From: an uncultured virus (IMG/VR IMGVR_UViG_3300010399_000007)
Lineage: Duplodnaviria; Heunggongvirae; Uroviricota; Caudoviricetes
DNA length: 64,000 nucleotides
IMG/VR virus record: IMGVR_UViG_3300010399_000007
Direction: 5' to 3' (one strand)
Shown here one piece after another: positions 10,152 to 19,310 of this stretch. The translations under genes and the position numbers were made by a program. The notes below the pieces were generated by a model. It was not told the DNA's origin and ran no database searches. It saw nothing but the letters and a program-made list of their open reading frames with translations. Each line of letters starts with the position of its first letter. Position 1 is the first letter of the stretch.

Positions 10152-10688
10152 TTACTCCGCCAGCGCTTCAGCGGCGGCTGCTTTGGCGTTCTCCCGTTCG
10201 GCCTCGATCACTACGCGCGGCGCACGAGGAACCTCAGTCAGTGACGGCAGACGACGCACTTCTCGCGCGGCTTCTGCGTAGACGTCACGCGCTTCCTTCT
10301 TGGCCGGGGGCGGCGGGAAATACCATGCATGCTCCGGAGCCTGTCGGACCCACTCTCGCGTTGCGCTGAAGTAGTGCTTGCCTTGAACACAGTCAACACC
10401 GGGCTCGCCGCGCACTGTGGCGAACGGCTTCGCCGGATCAAAGGTTGCGGCGTTCTTGGGCTTCGGCGGCGGCGACGGTGCTTCCTCAGAGACCGCGACA
10501 GGCAGGACTACGCCCTCCGCCTCGGCCACTTTCGCCAGCAGATGATCTTCTGATTGTACGTGCCGGCGCTGCCCCGGCGTGTGCGCGAGGCGCGCGGCAG
10601 GCGCCGCCAGCTCGCGCGGACCCTTCACAGGGTTGAGGTTCAGGTTGCCGCGCAGTGTGCCTTGAACCAGACGATCGATGCGGCCCAC
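10152..10688 (-). CDS. Hypothetical protein (virion operon)
   Basis: Tightly packed ORF in operon; no recognised domain. Confidence 0.45.
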   Translation of the reverse strand: MGRIDRLVQGTLRGNLNLNPVKGPRELAAPAARLAHTPGQRRHVQSEDHLLAKVAEAEGVVLPVAVSEEAPSPPPKPKNAATFDPAKPFATVRGEPGVDCVQGKHYFSATREWVRQAPEHAWYFPPPPAKKEARDVYAEAAREVRRLPSLTEVPRAPRVVIEAERENAKAAAAEALAE

Positions 10689-11015
10689 TTAGTAGCCGCC
10701 CGAATTGCCGTAGACCGGTGCGCCTCCCGTCGGAACGTAAGGGCCTGCACTATCCCATTCATCGTGTGAACCGAACGCATGGCCGTCACCATTGCGCGGC
10801 GCGGGGTTGCCGCTGATTGAACTGCGCGGACGCGCGTCACTGCGCGGCGCGATTACTTGAGTGCGCTCGGTGTTCTCAAAGCGCGTCTCGATTCGTTTAC
10901 AACCGCTGACGCCTTCCTGAAGATCAGCTCGCTTGCAGAACTCCTTCTCGGTGATGTTCGCACGAGTGTCGTACATCTCGTAGTCCTGATCGGGGATTCC
11001 CATCGTGGTGCTCAT
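10689..11015 (-). CDS. Small low-complexity hypothetical protein
   Basis: Start moved to ATG 11015 (GAGGAG RBS); MSTTMGIPDQDY...GNSGGY. Confidence 0.55.
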   Translation of the reverse strand: MSTTMGIPDQDYEMYDTRANITEKEFCKRADLQEGVSGCKRIETRFENTERTQVIAPRSDARPRSSISGNPAPRNGDGHAFGSHDEWDSAGPYVPTGGAPVYGNSGGY

Positions 11016-11133
11016 GCTGATCTCCTCTTCGAATAGTTCCCGGCGGGAACGTAAGCTCCCGCCGGGTTGCGTGCCCGCTATCGTTGCCTTCAATGCGCGG
11101 TGGGCCGCGCGTTCAGGCGTATCGACGCGTTGC

Positions 11134-11424
11134 TTACAGAACGCTGAACGACTTGCCCTTGCTGGACACGCTGTACGCGTCATCCTGCGTCGGGGCTCGA
11201 CGCTCAGTGGCATTGCCAGTCAGCGGATCCTTCGCGTAGTCGTAGGTCGGTTCGACCGAATCGACATCGAAGTTTTCGCGGGCCGACAGCCCATACTCAA
11301 CACCCGCGGACTCCTTGCGCATGACACCCTGGTTGTACGACATCGTTTTCTTGTCCGATGCCTCCGGCGTGTCGCCGCCCTTGCCCGCCTTGAAGCTGCC
11401 ATTGCGGCCGCTATCTCCACCCAT
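11134..11424 (-). CDS. Small Gly/Ser/Thr-rich hypothetical protein after the capsid gene
   Basis: GGAGGT RBS; likely disordered. Confidence 0.6.
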   Translation of the reverse strand: MGGDSGRNGSFKAGKGGDTPEASDKKTMSYNQGVMRKESAGVEYGLSARENFDVDSVEPTYDYAKDPLTGNATERRAPTQDDAYSVSSKGKSFSVL

Positions 11425-11450
11425 CGTATGTACCTCCGTTGCTCTGTGAA

Positions 11451-11502
11451 GAGTGGAGCCGGTGCAGAGCTACGAATAGCTCGCCGTCACCGGCCCCGAC
11501 TC
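11451..11502 (-). other. Long stem-loop with UUCG tetraloop just downstream of the capsid stop
   Basis: On the minus strand: GAGT.GG.GCCGGTG...GAGCTA-TTCG-TAGCTC...CACCGGC.CC.ACTC; no U-tract, so a stabiliser or processing site rather than an intrinsic terminator. Confidence 0.55.
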
Positions 11503-11503
11503 A

Positions 11504-12433
11504 TTAGGTGATCGGACGCGAGTCCCACACGATGATGCGCTGCTGCGCAAGTTCATCATGCACCAGACCGAAGCCCAGTTCCGCGTACCACGCGATACCT
11601 CGGCTGCGGCCGAAGTCCGTGGGAATCTTGCCGCGGATCTCTTCCGGAATGGCCACAGCTTCGACAACCGTGTCCGAACCGAAGATGAAGCCACGATCCG
11701 ACACCGCAAAGCGCGCTGCCGGAACGTTGGTCTGTTCCACGTAGCGCACGCCTTCGTACCGGCCTTTCTCGCCGTTCATCACGACGTGCCAGCCCTCGGG
11801 GGTGTACTTGTGGATGTCCTCCAGATCGTTCTTCAGCGTGCGCAGAGCGCGCGGGCGGAAAATCGCCATGTAGTTGTTGCCGTCGAAAGTCGGGACGTTC
11901 CGTTCCGCCAGTTCGTCAGCAATCGACTTCGCGTGATCGCTCGTGTACTCGCTCGTGTGCGCGCCGGCCGGGATGCCGTTCGTGGTGAGCGTGTACGCCG
12001 TGGCGCTCGTCGAGGTCGCCCGGAGCAGTGCCCGGTTGAACTGATTGTACGCCGTGGTGTCGAGCGCCTTGCGCGCGTCGTTCTTCAGCACCTTGTGGAT
12101 GATCTCCGTCACCGGTTGCTCCGACAGATCGTCGAGCTTCTTGGTGAACGGCACGCTGTTGCCGTACTCGGTAATCGTCAGGGTCGCCTGACTGATCGTG
12201 AACTGCGTCTCCGGCATGGTGCTTGCTTCAGAAAGCTCGCCGCCCGCCGTCGCCACATCCGAGTACTTGTTCCAGTTGAACTTGTCGCCAATACCGAGAC
12301 CGAAAGCTTCTTTCGCGTCGCAGAACTGGCGAAACCGAGTCATCGGCTGCAGCGCGGTGCGCAGCTTTCGACTCAGATTGGGCGACCACATAAAGCCGCC
12401 GAGAGAGTTGGTGTTCCAGACCTGACCGGTCAT
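11504..12433 (-). CDS. Major capsid protein (HK97 fold, N4-gp56-like family)
   Basis: FRQF.D, TITEYGNSV, GEKGRYEGVRYVE, DFGRSRGIAWY motifs; follows scaffold; GGAGGT RBS. Confidence 0.9.
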   Translation of the reverse strand: MTGQVWNTNSLGGFMWSPNLSRKLRTALQPMTRFRQFCDAKEAFGLGIGDKFNWNKYSDVATAGGELSEASTMPETQFTISQATLTITEYGNSVPFTKKLDDLSEQPVTEIIHKVLKNDARKALDTTAYNQFNRALLRATSTSATAYTLTTNGIPAGAHTSEYTSDHAKSIADELAERNVPTFDGNNYMAIFRPRALRTLKNDLEDIHKYTPEGWHVVMNGEKGRYEGVRYVEQTNVPAARFAVSDRGFIFGSDTVVEAVAIPEEIRGKIPTDFGRSRGIAWYAELGFGLVHDELAQQRIIVWDSRPIT

Positions 12434-12454
12434 GTTTTCAATACCTCCGTTGTG

Positions 12455-13627
12455 CTAGCCCTGCCCGCGAGCCTTGCGCATTGAGGCGACGATGTCGGCC
12501 GGCGTCTCTGCGACGGGGGCGTCCTTCGCCGCCACTGCACGCGCGCTACGCGTCGGTGGCATGGGCCGCAGGTTTTCCTTGCGAGCCTGACGATCATTGG
12601 TCGGGGAAGGCGTTGGTTTGGCAGGGACGCCACTGAGCGACGTGAGCCATTCTTTCGTCTGACGACCAGCTTCCAGCATCACCTGCGAAGGGCTCCACTC
12701 AGGGTGCGCCTCCGAGATCGCATCGGTTTTGCTGTCGGCAACCTTGAACAACTCGGGGCTGGACTCGATTTCAGGGTACTGATCCTTGAAGGCTAGGAAG
12801 CCTGTGACCTGATCCTTTTTCGCGTCACGATCCGCAAGTCGCGTCTCGACTGCCTTTGCCGCCTTGTCGGCGACTTCATCGACGCTGACCGGGGGCGTTG
12901 CTGCTTGCCGGGTCCTCGCCAATGTCTTCGCCAACTTTTCAGCGGCCACGTCTTCAGAATCCGTGAGGAGACTGGAGACGAGTGCTTTGGCCTCTTCTCT
13001 GAGGCCCTGATCGTCAGCGGCCGCAACGGCGGATGGCTGACTCTTGACAGAGCGCGCGTTCAACTCGGCCTCTTTGGCCGCGAGCTGCGCCGCTCGCTCA
13101 TCATTTTGTCTGCGCTGCTCCGCCGCTTGCTGCAGCCTGACTTCGGCTGCGGTATGCTTCTGGAGCGTCGCTCGGGCGGCGTCGAGAGGGACCAGTGATT
13201 CCTTCCCGTCCACCTTCAATTTCAACGCCGGCTTTCCGTCCTTCAGGACGATGCCGTGTTTGGCGAGGGGCTCGGCATCCATGTCCGAACCGTCGCCCGG
13301 TTCAACCGCTGCCGTTGCGTCGCTTCCTGCAACCGCGTCAGCGGCCTCGGGCGCGGCAGGCGCCTTTTCTGCGGTCTCCGCAGCGGCTGCACCCACCTTT
13401 GCCCGGCGTTCTGCTTCAACCTGCACTGCCATCGGATGTCCGGTGCTCAGTGCGTACTCGCCGTCCTTTTCCAGACCCTGTTCACGCAGCGCATCGATGC
13501 GCGCGAAGATGGCATCTCGGGGATTGGCCGGCTTCTCGCGCGAAGGTTCCTTGGTAGCTTGCGTCTCGTCAATCGTTTCGTCTTCAGTCTGTGACGCAGT
13601 TATCTGCGCCGCCGTTTCGGTAGGCAC
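12455..13627 (-). CDS. Capsid scaffolding protein
   Basis: LKVDGKE..V.L motif, coiled coil, basic C-terminus (MRKARGQG), immediately upstream of MCP. Confidence 0.8.
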   Translation of the reverse strand: MPTETAAQITASQTEDETIDETQATKEPSREKPANPRDAIFARIDALREQGLEKDGEYALSTGHPMAVQVEAERRAKVGAAAAETAEKAPAAPEAADAVAGSDATAAVEPGDGSDMDAEPLAKHGIVLKDGKPALKLKVDGKESLVPLDAARATLQKHTAAEVRLQQAAEQRRQNDERAAQLAAKEAELNARSVKSQPSAVAAADDQGLREEAKALVSSLLTDSEDVAAEKLAKTLARTRQAATPPVSVDEVADKAAKAVETRLADRDAKKDQVTGFLAFKDQYPEIESSPELFKVADSKTDAISEAHPEWSPSQVMLEAGRQTKEWLTSLSGVPAKPTPSPTNDRQARKENLRPMPPTRSARAVAAKDAPVAETPADIVASMRKARGQG

Positions 13628-13628
13628 G

Positions 13629-13946
13629 TTATTGCTCCTCTCGTCTGTAGTCTTTGAGTTCCTGATACGCGACCTCGCCGTCCGTGATCGCGTCCGCCAG
13701 CCACCGCATGAATGATTGGGCCCTCTCGGCCTTCTGCTTGATTTCGTTGAATTTTCGCCGCCCCCACCACCGATTCACGTTGCATTCAAGGGCGTCCACT
13801 TGCGCCTGCTCGACTTCTTGGCGCGCGCGGCCGTGCAGATACCTGCCGACTGCGCTCGCCAGGAAGTCTTTCACCTGCTCCGAGAGTTGCGCTCGCGCGA
13901 ACAGCTCTCGCTCCTTCTCGTCAATGTAAACGATTTCTTCAACCAT
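13629..13946 (-). CDS. Small conserved head-region protein
   Basis: Helical 105 aa (FL.S.VG.YL) of the type usually found between portal and scaffold. Confidence 0.5.
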   Translation of the reverse strand: MVEEIVYIDEKERELFARAQLSEQVKDFLASAVGRYLHGRARQEVEQAQVDALECNVNRWWGRRKFNEIKQKAERAQSFMRWLADAITDGEVAYQELKDYRREEQ

Positions 13947-15543
13947 TTACGGCCTCCTGCTTGTACCCTTTTCGCACCCAATGAAAGTAGTTGAACACGT
14001 CTGGCATCCACGGCTTGAGCGCTCCGGGGAAGAACACGATGCGTGTGTTCGTGGGCAGTGCCTTGCGTGCGGCGGCGCGAGCCTCGCGGCGCGCATCGCG
14101 CTCGAAGCGCTCGCGTCCGCGGTCGCGGCGCTGCTGGCGCTCAAACTCACGCTCCTGCCGGCGGATGTCACGCGGGCGGTCGCCGGTGTACCCGAGGTTC
14201 CGGAACGCCCACACGCCGTCCTGATCCGTCCACGTCTTTTCGCCCGCACCCAGGATGTGCGCGACCACTGCTTGATCCGTCCCGATCAACTGCGCCTCCT
14301 TGGCCTCCTGCGGCGTGCGGTGCGGGTCGAACTTCTCCCACACCTGCTTGCGTGCGCCCGCGGTCAGCAACGTCATGGAGCCGTTGTACGGGCTCCAGAA
14401 GACGCCAGGGTTCCATCCCACGAAGTCTTCCTTGCGATCCCACAGCGGCGCAAGGTCCGCAAGGATCACCGCGTCGAGGTCCACGCTCACGAAGCGCGGC
14501 GAGATGATGTCTGCCATCTCCGGTGCGAACATGCGCAGCCGCTTGTAGCAAGTGCTGAAGCCTGCCCCGAGCTGCGGGTGGTCAAGGTATGAGAAGTCAT
14601 TCCACAACGGAATCGTCCGCACACTGCCATCGATGCCGCGAGGATCATCAGTGATGCACACCATCTCGTAAGGCTTGCGGTAGTAACGATCCACCATCGA
14701 CTGCATGGTGTTGACACACTCCGCGCTGAAGAGTGGCGGTTTGCCCGGTGGCGCCCTCCACAGCCACGTCACTACGCGAAGTTTTTCACGTGGAACAATT
14801 CGACGCTCCGCCGGCAGCGCGGCGACGTCCGCCGGCAGTTCGAGTTGGCGCAGCGCGCGACGGATCCAGCCGACATGCATGAGGTCGTCAGCCTTGTCGT
14901 CGCCATGGAAGAAAACCATCTTCACGTCAGCCGGTAGCGGCTTGCCCTTCAGATGGCAACGGTAGCTGTACACGCCGTCCACCTTGCCGTAGCGCAAGTC
15001 CTGCGGCGTGAGGTTCTGCGCGATCCACGCTTGGTCGCTGCCAACGAAACCGCGGTGCTGATAGCCATCCTCCGCGTCAACGTCCTGAGGATTGAACTTG
15101 GTCCACAGCGCAGTGCGCGTTCCGAGCTTGTGCATAACGAGGCTGCCATTGCACGGGCTGATCTCGCCGTCCACATACCAGAGCTTCAGATCGCTCTTGT
15201 CGCGCAGGATGTTGTCGATGTTGCCAAGAATGAGCACGTCAAGGTCCATCCAGACTACACGCTCGCCGAAGAGCTGCTTGGCCTCTTCGCTGAAGACCTT
15301 CAGCCGCGCGAAACAATTGGGCCGTTTGGTGCCGCCGTAGTGTGGCGCGGGGTTATCCCAGAGAGGAACAACCTTAACGTCCTCTCGTATTCCTGTCGGG
15401 TCATCGGTGACGCAGTAGAAGTCGTACTTGACAGTGGTGTTCCGCTGGAGCATCTCTGCAAGTCGGTTGACGTGGTCAGCAGTGTACTCATTTCGAAACC
15501 CCTTTGAACCTTTCCACTTGAACGTGACGATAGAGAGCGACAT
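13939..15543 (-). CDS. Tandem two-domain GT-A glycosyltransferase (GT8-like x2)
   Basis: Each half has V.TDD, DLD (DxD), N.S, (S/T)DQ and VFF(H/P)G motifs. Confidence 0.85.
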   Translation of the reverse strand: MSLSIVTFKWKGSKGFRNEYTADHVNRLAEMLQRNTTVKYDFYCVTDDPTGIREDVKVVPLWDNPAPHYGGTKRPNCFARLKVFSEEAKQLFGERVVWMDLDVLILGNIDNILRDKSDLKLWYVDGEISPCNGSLVMHKLGTRTALWTKFNPQDVDAEDGYQHRGFVGSDQAWIAQNLTPQDLRYGKVDGVYSYRCHLKGKPLPADVKMVFFHGDDKADDLMHVGWIRRALRQLELPADVAALPAERRIVPREKLRVVTWLWRAPPGKPPLFSAECVNTMQSMVDRYYRKPYEMVCITDDPRGIDGSVRTIPLWNDFSYLDHPQLGAGFSTCYKRLRMFAPEMADIISPRFVSVDLDAVILADLAPLWDRKEDFVGWNPGVFWSPYNGSMTLLTAGARKQVWEKFDPHRTPQEAKEAQLIGTDQAVVAHILGAGEKTWTDQDGVWAFRNLGYTGDRPRDIRRQEREFERQQRRDRGRERFERDARREARAAARKALPTNTRIVFFPGALKPWMPDVFNYFHWVRKGYKQEAVNG

Positions 15544-16313
15544 CAAATGATCCTTTCGTAGTCAACGCGGATGGGACGGATGGAGCGCATGTCGCCCTTC
15601 GCGCGCTTGCGATTGAACGCTTCACGGTACTTCTGGCTCCACATCTCGCGATCGTATTCGCGCTCTTGCGTGTCAGCGTCAGTGAACACTGTGGGCTGCC
15701 CGTCACGCTTGCGCCGGCCGTAGCCAATCGAGAGGACATCCTTGAGGTGCTTTTGCGGGCAGACACCTGCGAGTTGTCGGGCAAACTCGCCGTCACCACC
15801 ATACCCGCCGCCATAACCTCCAGTGAGGTCCAGGTCATAACCGTTGATGGTTTTGAACGCGTTCTTCGTGCAGATGAATGTATTGGGATGCACTTTGCGC
15901 TCAGTGAACTCAGGCGCAAAAGTGCGCTCCACCGTGTAGTGGTGGTTCGGATCGAGCTTCTTCGTCAGCAGCGTGAGCATCGCTTCTGCGGTAAACACGA
16001 TGTCGATGTCCGTCAGCAGCAGCCAGGGGTTCGCGATGTTCTTGCGCGGCTGCGCATTGAAACCGCCGATGTTGCGGCACTGATGCTGGTTCCACGGCAA
16101 GCGCTCTCGCACTCGAAACAGCATCTTGTTGTGCTTGAGCTGTTTGAAGATAGGCTCTGCCGGATACTTGCTGCAGTCATCCACGAGTACAAATTGCATG
16201 TTTTCCGTGAGCGCGCCGCTGTACCGCTCCCACACCGACACCTGATGCTTCAGCATCTCGGGGTTGTTGTAGTACGGTACAACGATCGCGCAAGGTTGAA
16301 CTTCTTCAGACAT
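15543..16313 (-). CDS. GT-A glycosyltransferase (GT2/GT7-like)
   Basis: IVVPYYN, VLVDDCS, RNIG, LLLTDID, INGYD...GYGGD motifs; AGGAG RBS before ATG 16313. Confidence 0.85.
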   Translation of the reverse strand: MSEEVQPCAIVVPYYNNPEMLKHQVSVWERYSGALTENMQFVLVDDCSKYPAEPIFKQLKHNKMLFRVRERLPWNQHQCRNIGGFNAQPRKNIANPWLLLTDIDIVFTAEAMLTLLTKKLDPNHHYTVERTFAPEFTERKVHPNTFICTKNAFKTINGYDLDLTGGYGGGYGGDGEFARQLAGVCPQKHLKDVLSIGYGRRKRDGQPTVFTDADTQEREYDREMWSQKYREAFNRKRAKGDMRSIRPIRVDYERII

Positions 16314-16926
16314 CGCCTGTCTCCTTTTTGAACTTCTCGTACGAAATTTTCTTCCAATTGGTAAGCACACTGCGGTTGCTGACGTTCTTCACGTCGACAC
16401 CTGCTGCGGCAAACTGCGCAGCCCATGGCGCAAACTCTGAACTCCACTCATTCAGCTTCTTCTCGCTCGTGCCGCCTCCGCTGTTCCACGGGTATGGCGG
16501 GTACCAGTGGCGCTCGCCGTACGGTCCATTGCACATGTCGAAGCCAAGCAAGTAAATTTGTGCGCCACTGGTTCTGTGCATCTTGAAGGCGAGATTAAGC
16601 GCCACTGCTCCGCTGTTGTTACCGTTCAATACACTTGGCTCTAGTGACATACCTTCGTCCATGCGATTGTTGTTCTTGTACGGTAAGCCCATGTGCGGCG
16701 GCTTGCCGTTCTTGCAGGTGCCTTCACGGTAGTACGTCGGAATCGCAAGGTAGTCCATGGTCTCAGCACGGCCTTCCAGCCACAGCCGATCCATGGTGAC
16801 TGCGATATGCACGCGCGTATGAACCGCAGAATCGTTGACACCGATCACTGTGCCGCGAGAGCGCAAATCGTCGGTGAAGTGCTCGCCGAACGACCATCCG
16901 CCTCCGATTACGATGACCGGCTTCAT
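16306..16926 (-). CDS. Maf/MptE-like (DUF115; sialyltransferase-like fold) putative glycosyltransferase
   Basis: VIVIGGG.S, IGVN, NSG..ALNLA, IYLLGFDM, V.N.S motifs. Confidence 0.7.
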   Translation of the reverse strand: MKPVIVIGGGWSFGEHFTDDLRSRGTVIGVNDSAVHTRVHIAVTMDRLWLEGRAETMDYLAIPTYYREGTCKNGKPPHMGLPYKNNNRMDEGMSLEPSVLNGNNSGAVALNLAFKMHRTSGAQIYLLGFDMCNGPYGERHWYPPYPWNSGGGTSEKKLNEWSSEFAPWAAQFAAAGVDVKNVSNRSVLTNWKKISYEKFKKETGDV

Positions 16927-17459
16927 GGACGCGTCACCACTGCTTCCATCTTTTTGCCGTGCGACTGGATGATGAAGTCGTAGTTAAAGTGATAGTCGAA
17001 GGCTTTTAAGATGCGCACCTGCCACCATTCCGGCGGCTGTACCGTAAGGTGCGCGTTGCGTCCATCCGGTAGCGTTTGATTCGCCTCTACGCAATCAATC
17101 ATGAAGTACGCCCGCTTGCGCGTACGAGCCGCTATAGCTCCAAGCACAGCGTCAACTTGATCCGGTTCGACATGCTCCATCACGTCAGTGCAAGTCACCA
17201 TATCGAACGGGCCGCGCGGCAGGTGCGCTTTCTTAGGTCGTCCAGGGTCGTACTCTGAAATGAGCAACTTAGAGCCGTAGTACTTCAGCGTCTTCGCCAA
17301 CGAACTGCGCCCGCAGCCAAAGTCAAGCAGCGTTTTGGCTCTGACTTGTGCCGCAAGCTCTGCCACGCGAGCGCGGTGAAACTTGCCGTCGTTTCCCCAT
17401 CGCAGACTCGGGTCGCTGTGCAGTTCTTGGAGCTGCTTGCGGTACGCGTCACTCAGCAT
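16923..17459 (-). CDS. Class I SAM-dependent methyltransferase
   Basis: LLDFGCG, YDPG, FDMVTCTDVMEHV, GRNAHLTVQPPEWW. Confidence 0.9.
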   Translation of the reverse strand: MLSDAYRKQLQELHSDPSLRWGNDGKFHRARVAELAAQVRAKTLLDFGCGRSSLAKTLKYYGSKLLISEYDPGRPKKAHLPRGPFDMVTCTDVMEHVEPDQVDAVLGAIAARTRKRAYFMIDCVEANQTLPDGRNAHLTVQPPEWWQVRILKAFDYHFNYDFIIQSHGKKMEAVVTRP

Positions 17460-18057
17460 ACTTAACCTCATATCCGACTCGGAGCCATTTCGGCGCGCTC
17501 GCGAGCAACGTGCTTGCTCCGAAAGTGTCATCGAGTTGAGTCAGCCATTCTGGGTGCCCGCGACGCACATCGACGATGAGTGAGCCGCTTGGCCGCAGTG
17601 TGCGCTTTACCATGTCGAGGTACACGCACGGTGCGATATGAAAGCACCACGCTTGCGTACTTATGATGAGGTCAAACGACTCAGTGACCTCATCGTCTGG
17701 ACTGTAGAAGTCTTGGTTGCGCACTCCGTTCTTGCGCAGAAAGGTCTGCGTCTGCGTGGCGTTGTTGAACGGCTGGCTGTGTCGATCCACTTGCGCCAAT
17801 GTGTTCTTGCCGTCGAGCACGCACACACGCACGTTGCCGCCGTAATGCTGATTCAGTCGAGCACCGATACCCGAAAGCCCGCCGCCGATATCGAGCAGCG
17901 AACGGCAAGTCTTCGGCAGTGCTGGCTCCATGGAATTGAACACTGCTTCAATGCGGTCGCAGTAGGCTTCGTACCAATCACTCAAGTCCACGTGTGAGAT
18001 ATCGCCGCACTGAACGTACAGGTACTGAAACTGTTGGTCGTCGAAATCGAACTTCAT
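17449..18057 (-). CDS. Class I SAM-dependent methyltransferase
   Basis: LLDIGGG motif I, VCVLDG, FDLIIS..AWCFH, LRPSG; ATGA overlap with the upstream stop. Confidence 0.85.
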   Translation of the reverse strand: MKFDFDDQQFQYLYVQCGDISHVDLSDWYEAYCDRIEAVFNSMEPALPKTCRSLLDIGGGLSGIGARLNQHYGGNVRVCVLDGKNTLAQVDRHSQPFNNATQTQTFLRKNGVRNQDFYSPDDEVTESFDLIISTQAWCFHIAPCVYLDMVKRTLRPSGSLIVDVRRGHPEWLTQLDDTFGASTLLASAPKWLRVGYEVKYAE

Positions 18058-19310
18058 AGTGCGATCACTTTTGGCGAGAAGCGCTTGAGCGTTTCGATCG
18101 CTCCGCCCATCACATAGCCGCAATCACCATTTACGATGATGGCGCTGCAGTCGTCTAGCTCCATGGCGTCGATGGTTGTCTGCATGACAGACGCCGGCCC
18201 CTCAACGTCAATGCGCCATTCACCTGCAAGGTGTCCAGGTTTCATCCGCGTGGTGCCTACCTTGTCGCCGACGCATTCTTTGTAGAACGCGATGTTTTTC
18301 CAGTTGTGCATGTGGATGTTCCGCCGCAGCGCGCCGAACATGCCGAAGTCCGGCTCGAATGCATACACCCGTTTGAAATGCCCTGCCGCCTCGAACGCAA
18401 GAGGCCCCGCTCCTGCGCCCACCAGCACCGCCGTGTGGTCGTCATAGTCGAGCGGATTGGTGTTGCTGTGCATCCATTCGCGCAGCTTCGCAGCGACGCG
18501 ATGCTGTTCTCGCAACGTCTGCTCCGGCCTGTCATCGATTCGCGGCCACCACAAGCCCTCAGCCCGCGGTGTGATATCGACGGCGCCGTATGCTTTGATC
18601 TGCGCTTTGGTGACTTCGACTTTCGGCAGCACCGTTACAGGGGCGATCGAAATGTCTTTGTGGGCGGCGTCGGCGTGTCTCCAGAAGAGACCGATGTGCC
18701 CAAGATCAATCGCCTGCACTCCACGCAACGACAATCGGTGTGCGAGGCAGGTAGCGGTCGGTCCCGCACAGAGCAGGACTGTTTTTGATCCTGTTGCCAT
18801 GACCCGCCGCTCGATATCATCGATCTGTGCATAAGCATCCTCGTAGCTGACAATCACCGAGTGAACCTTGGCCGCACCGGTCTTCCGGAGGAAGTCCGGA
18901 TACAGCGAGCGGTAGCCGCCCCACACCAACGTTACTTCCTTGTCTTTCCACAGCGAGTTGACTTTGTCGAAGTACTCTTTGGTAGCGATCCACGGCGCGC
19001 TGTCGGGCCTCGTGATGAACGCGCTGTAATACTGCTTCTTCTGCCTCTTGAACGGCTCGAAGCGGGGTAGATAGTGTTTCCATGATGCTTGCTTCTCCGG
19101 TGGCATGCGCGAGTCGACATACGGGATGCCAACAAGACACGCGTCGTTCTTCGACGTCATGATCTCGCGCAGTTCTTCAGCGAGCCCCGGCATCATGAGC
19201 TGAGGCACGCACTTCTTTCCTTCGAGGTTGTTCAGTTCGCCATCGCCGTAGCGCGCGATGCTCTTTCCGTTAAGCACTGCTTCCAGTGTCTCAAGTTCTC
19301 CTTTAACCAC
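18054..19310 (-). CDS. GT-D fold glycosyltransferase (DUF1792) fused to an FkbM-like methyltransferase
   Basis: SIARYGDGE, AFITRP, LLCAGPTAT.LA..L...G.QAIDLGH in the N-half; VGAGAG...VYAFEP, TIDAM.LD in the C-half. Confidence 0.85.
   Translation of the reverse strand: MVKGELETLEAVLNGKSIARYGDGELNNLEGKKCVPQLMMPGLAEELREIMTSKNDACLVGIPYVDSRMPPEKQASWKHYLPRFEPFKRQKKQYYSAFITRPDSAPWIATKEYFDKVNSLWKDKEVTLVWGGYRSLYPDFLRKTGAAKVHSVIVSYEDAYAQIDDIERRVMATGSKTVLLCAGPTATCLAHRLSLRGVQAIDLGHIGLFWRHADAAHKDISIAPVTVLPKVEVTKAQIKAYGAVDITPRAEGLWWPRIDDRPEQTLREQHRVAAKLREWMHSNTNPLDYDDHTAVLVGAGAGPLAFEAAGHFKRVYAFEPDFGMFGALRRNIHMHNWKNIAFYKECVGDKVGTTRMKPGHLAGEWRIDVEGPASVMQTTIDAMELDDCSAIIVNGDCGYVMGGAIETLKRFSPKVIAL

Noticed and set aside
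11430..11530. Programmed frameshift or read-through extending the capsid protein
   Set aside because: Tandem TAA TGA stops and no slippery heptamer.
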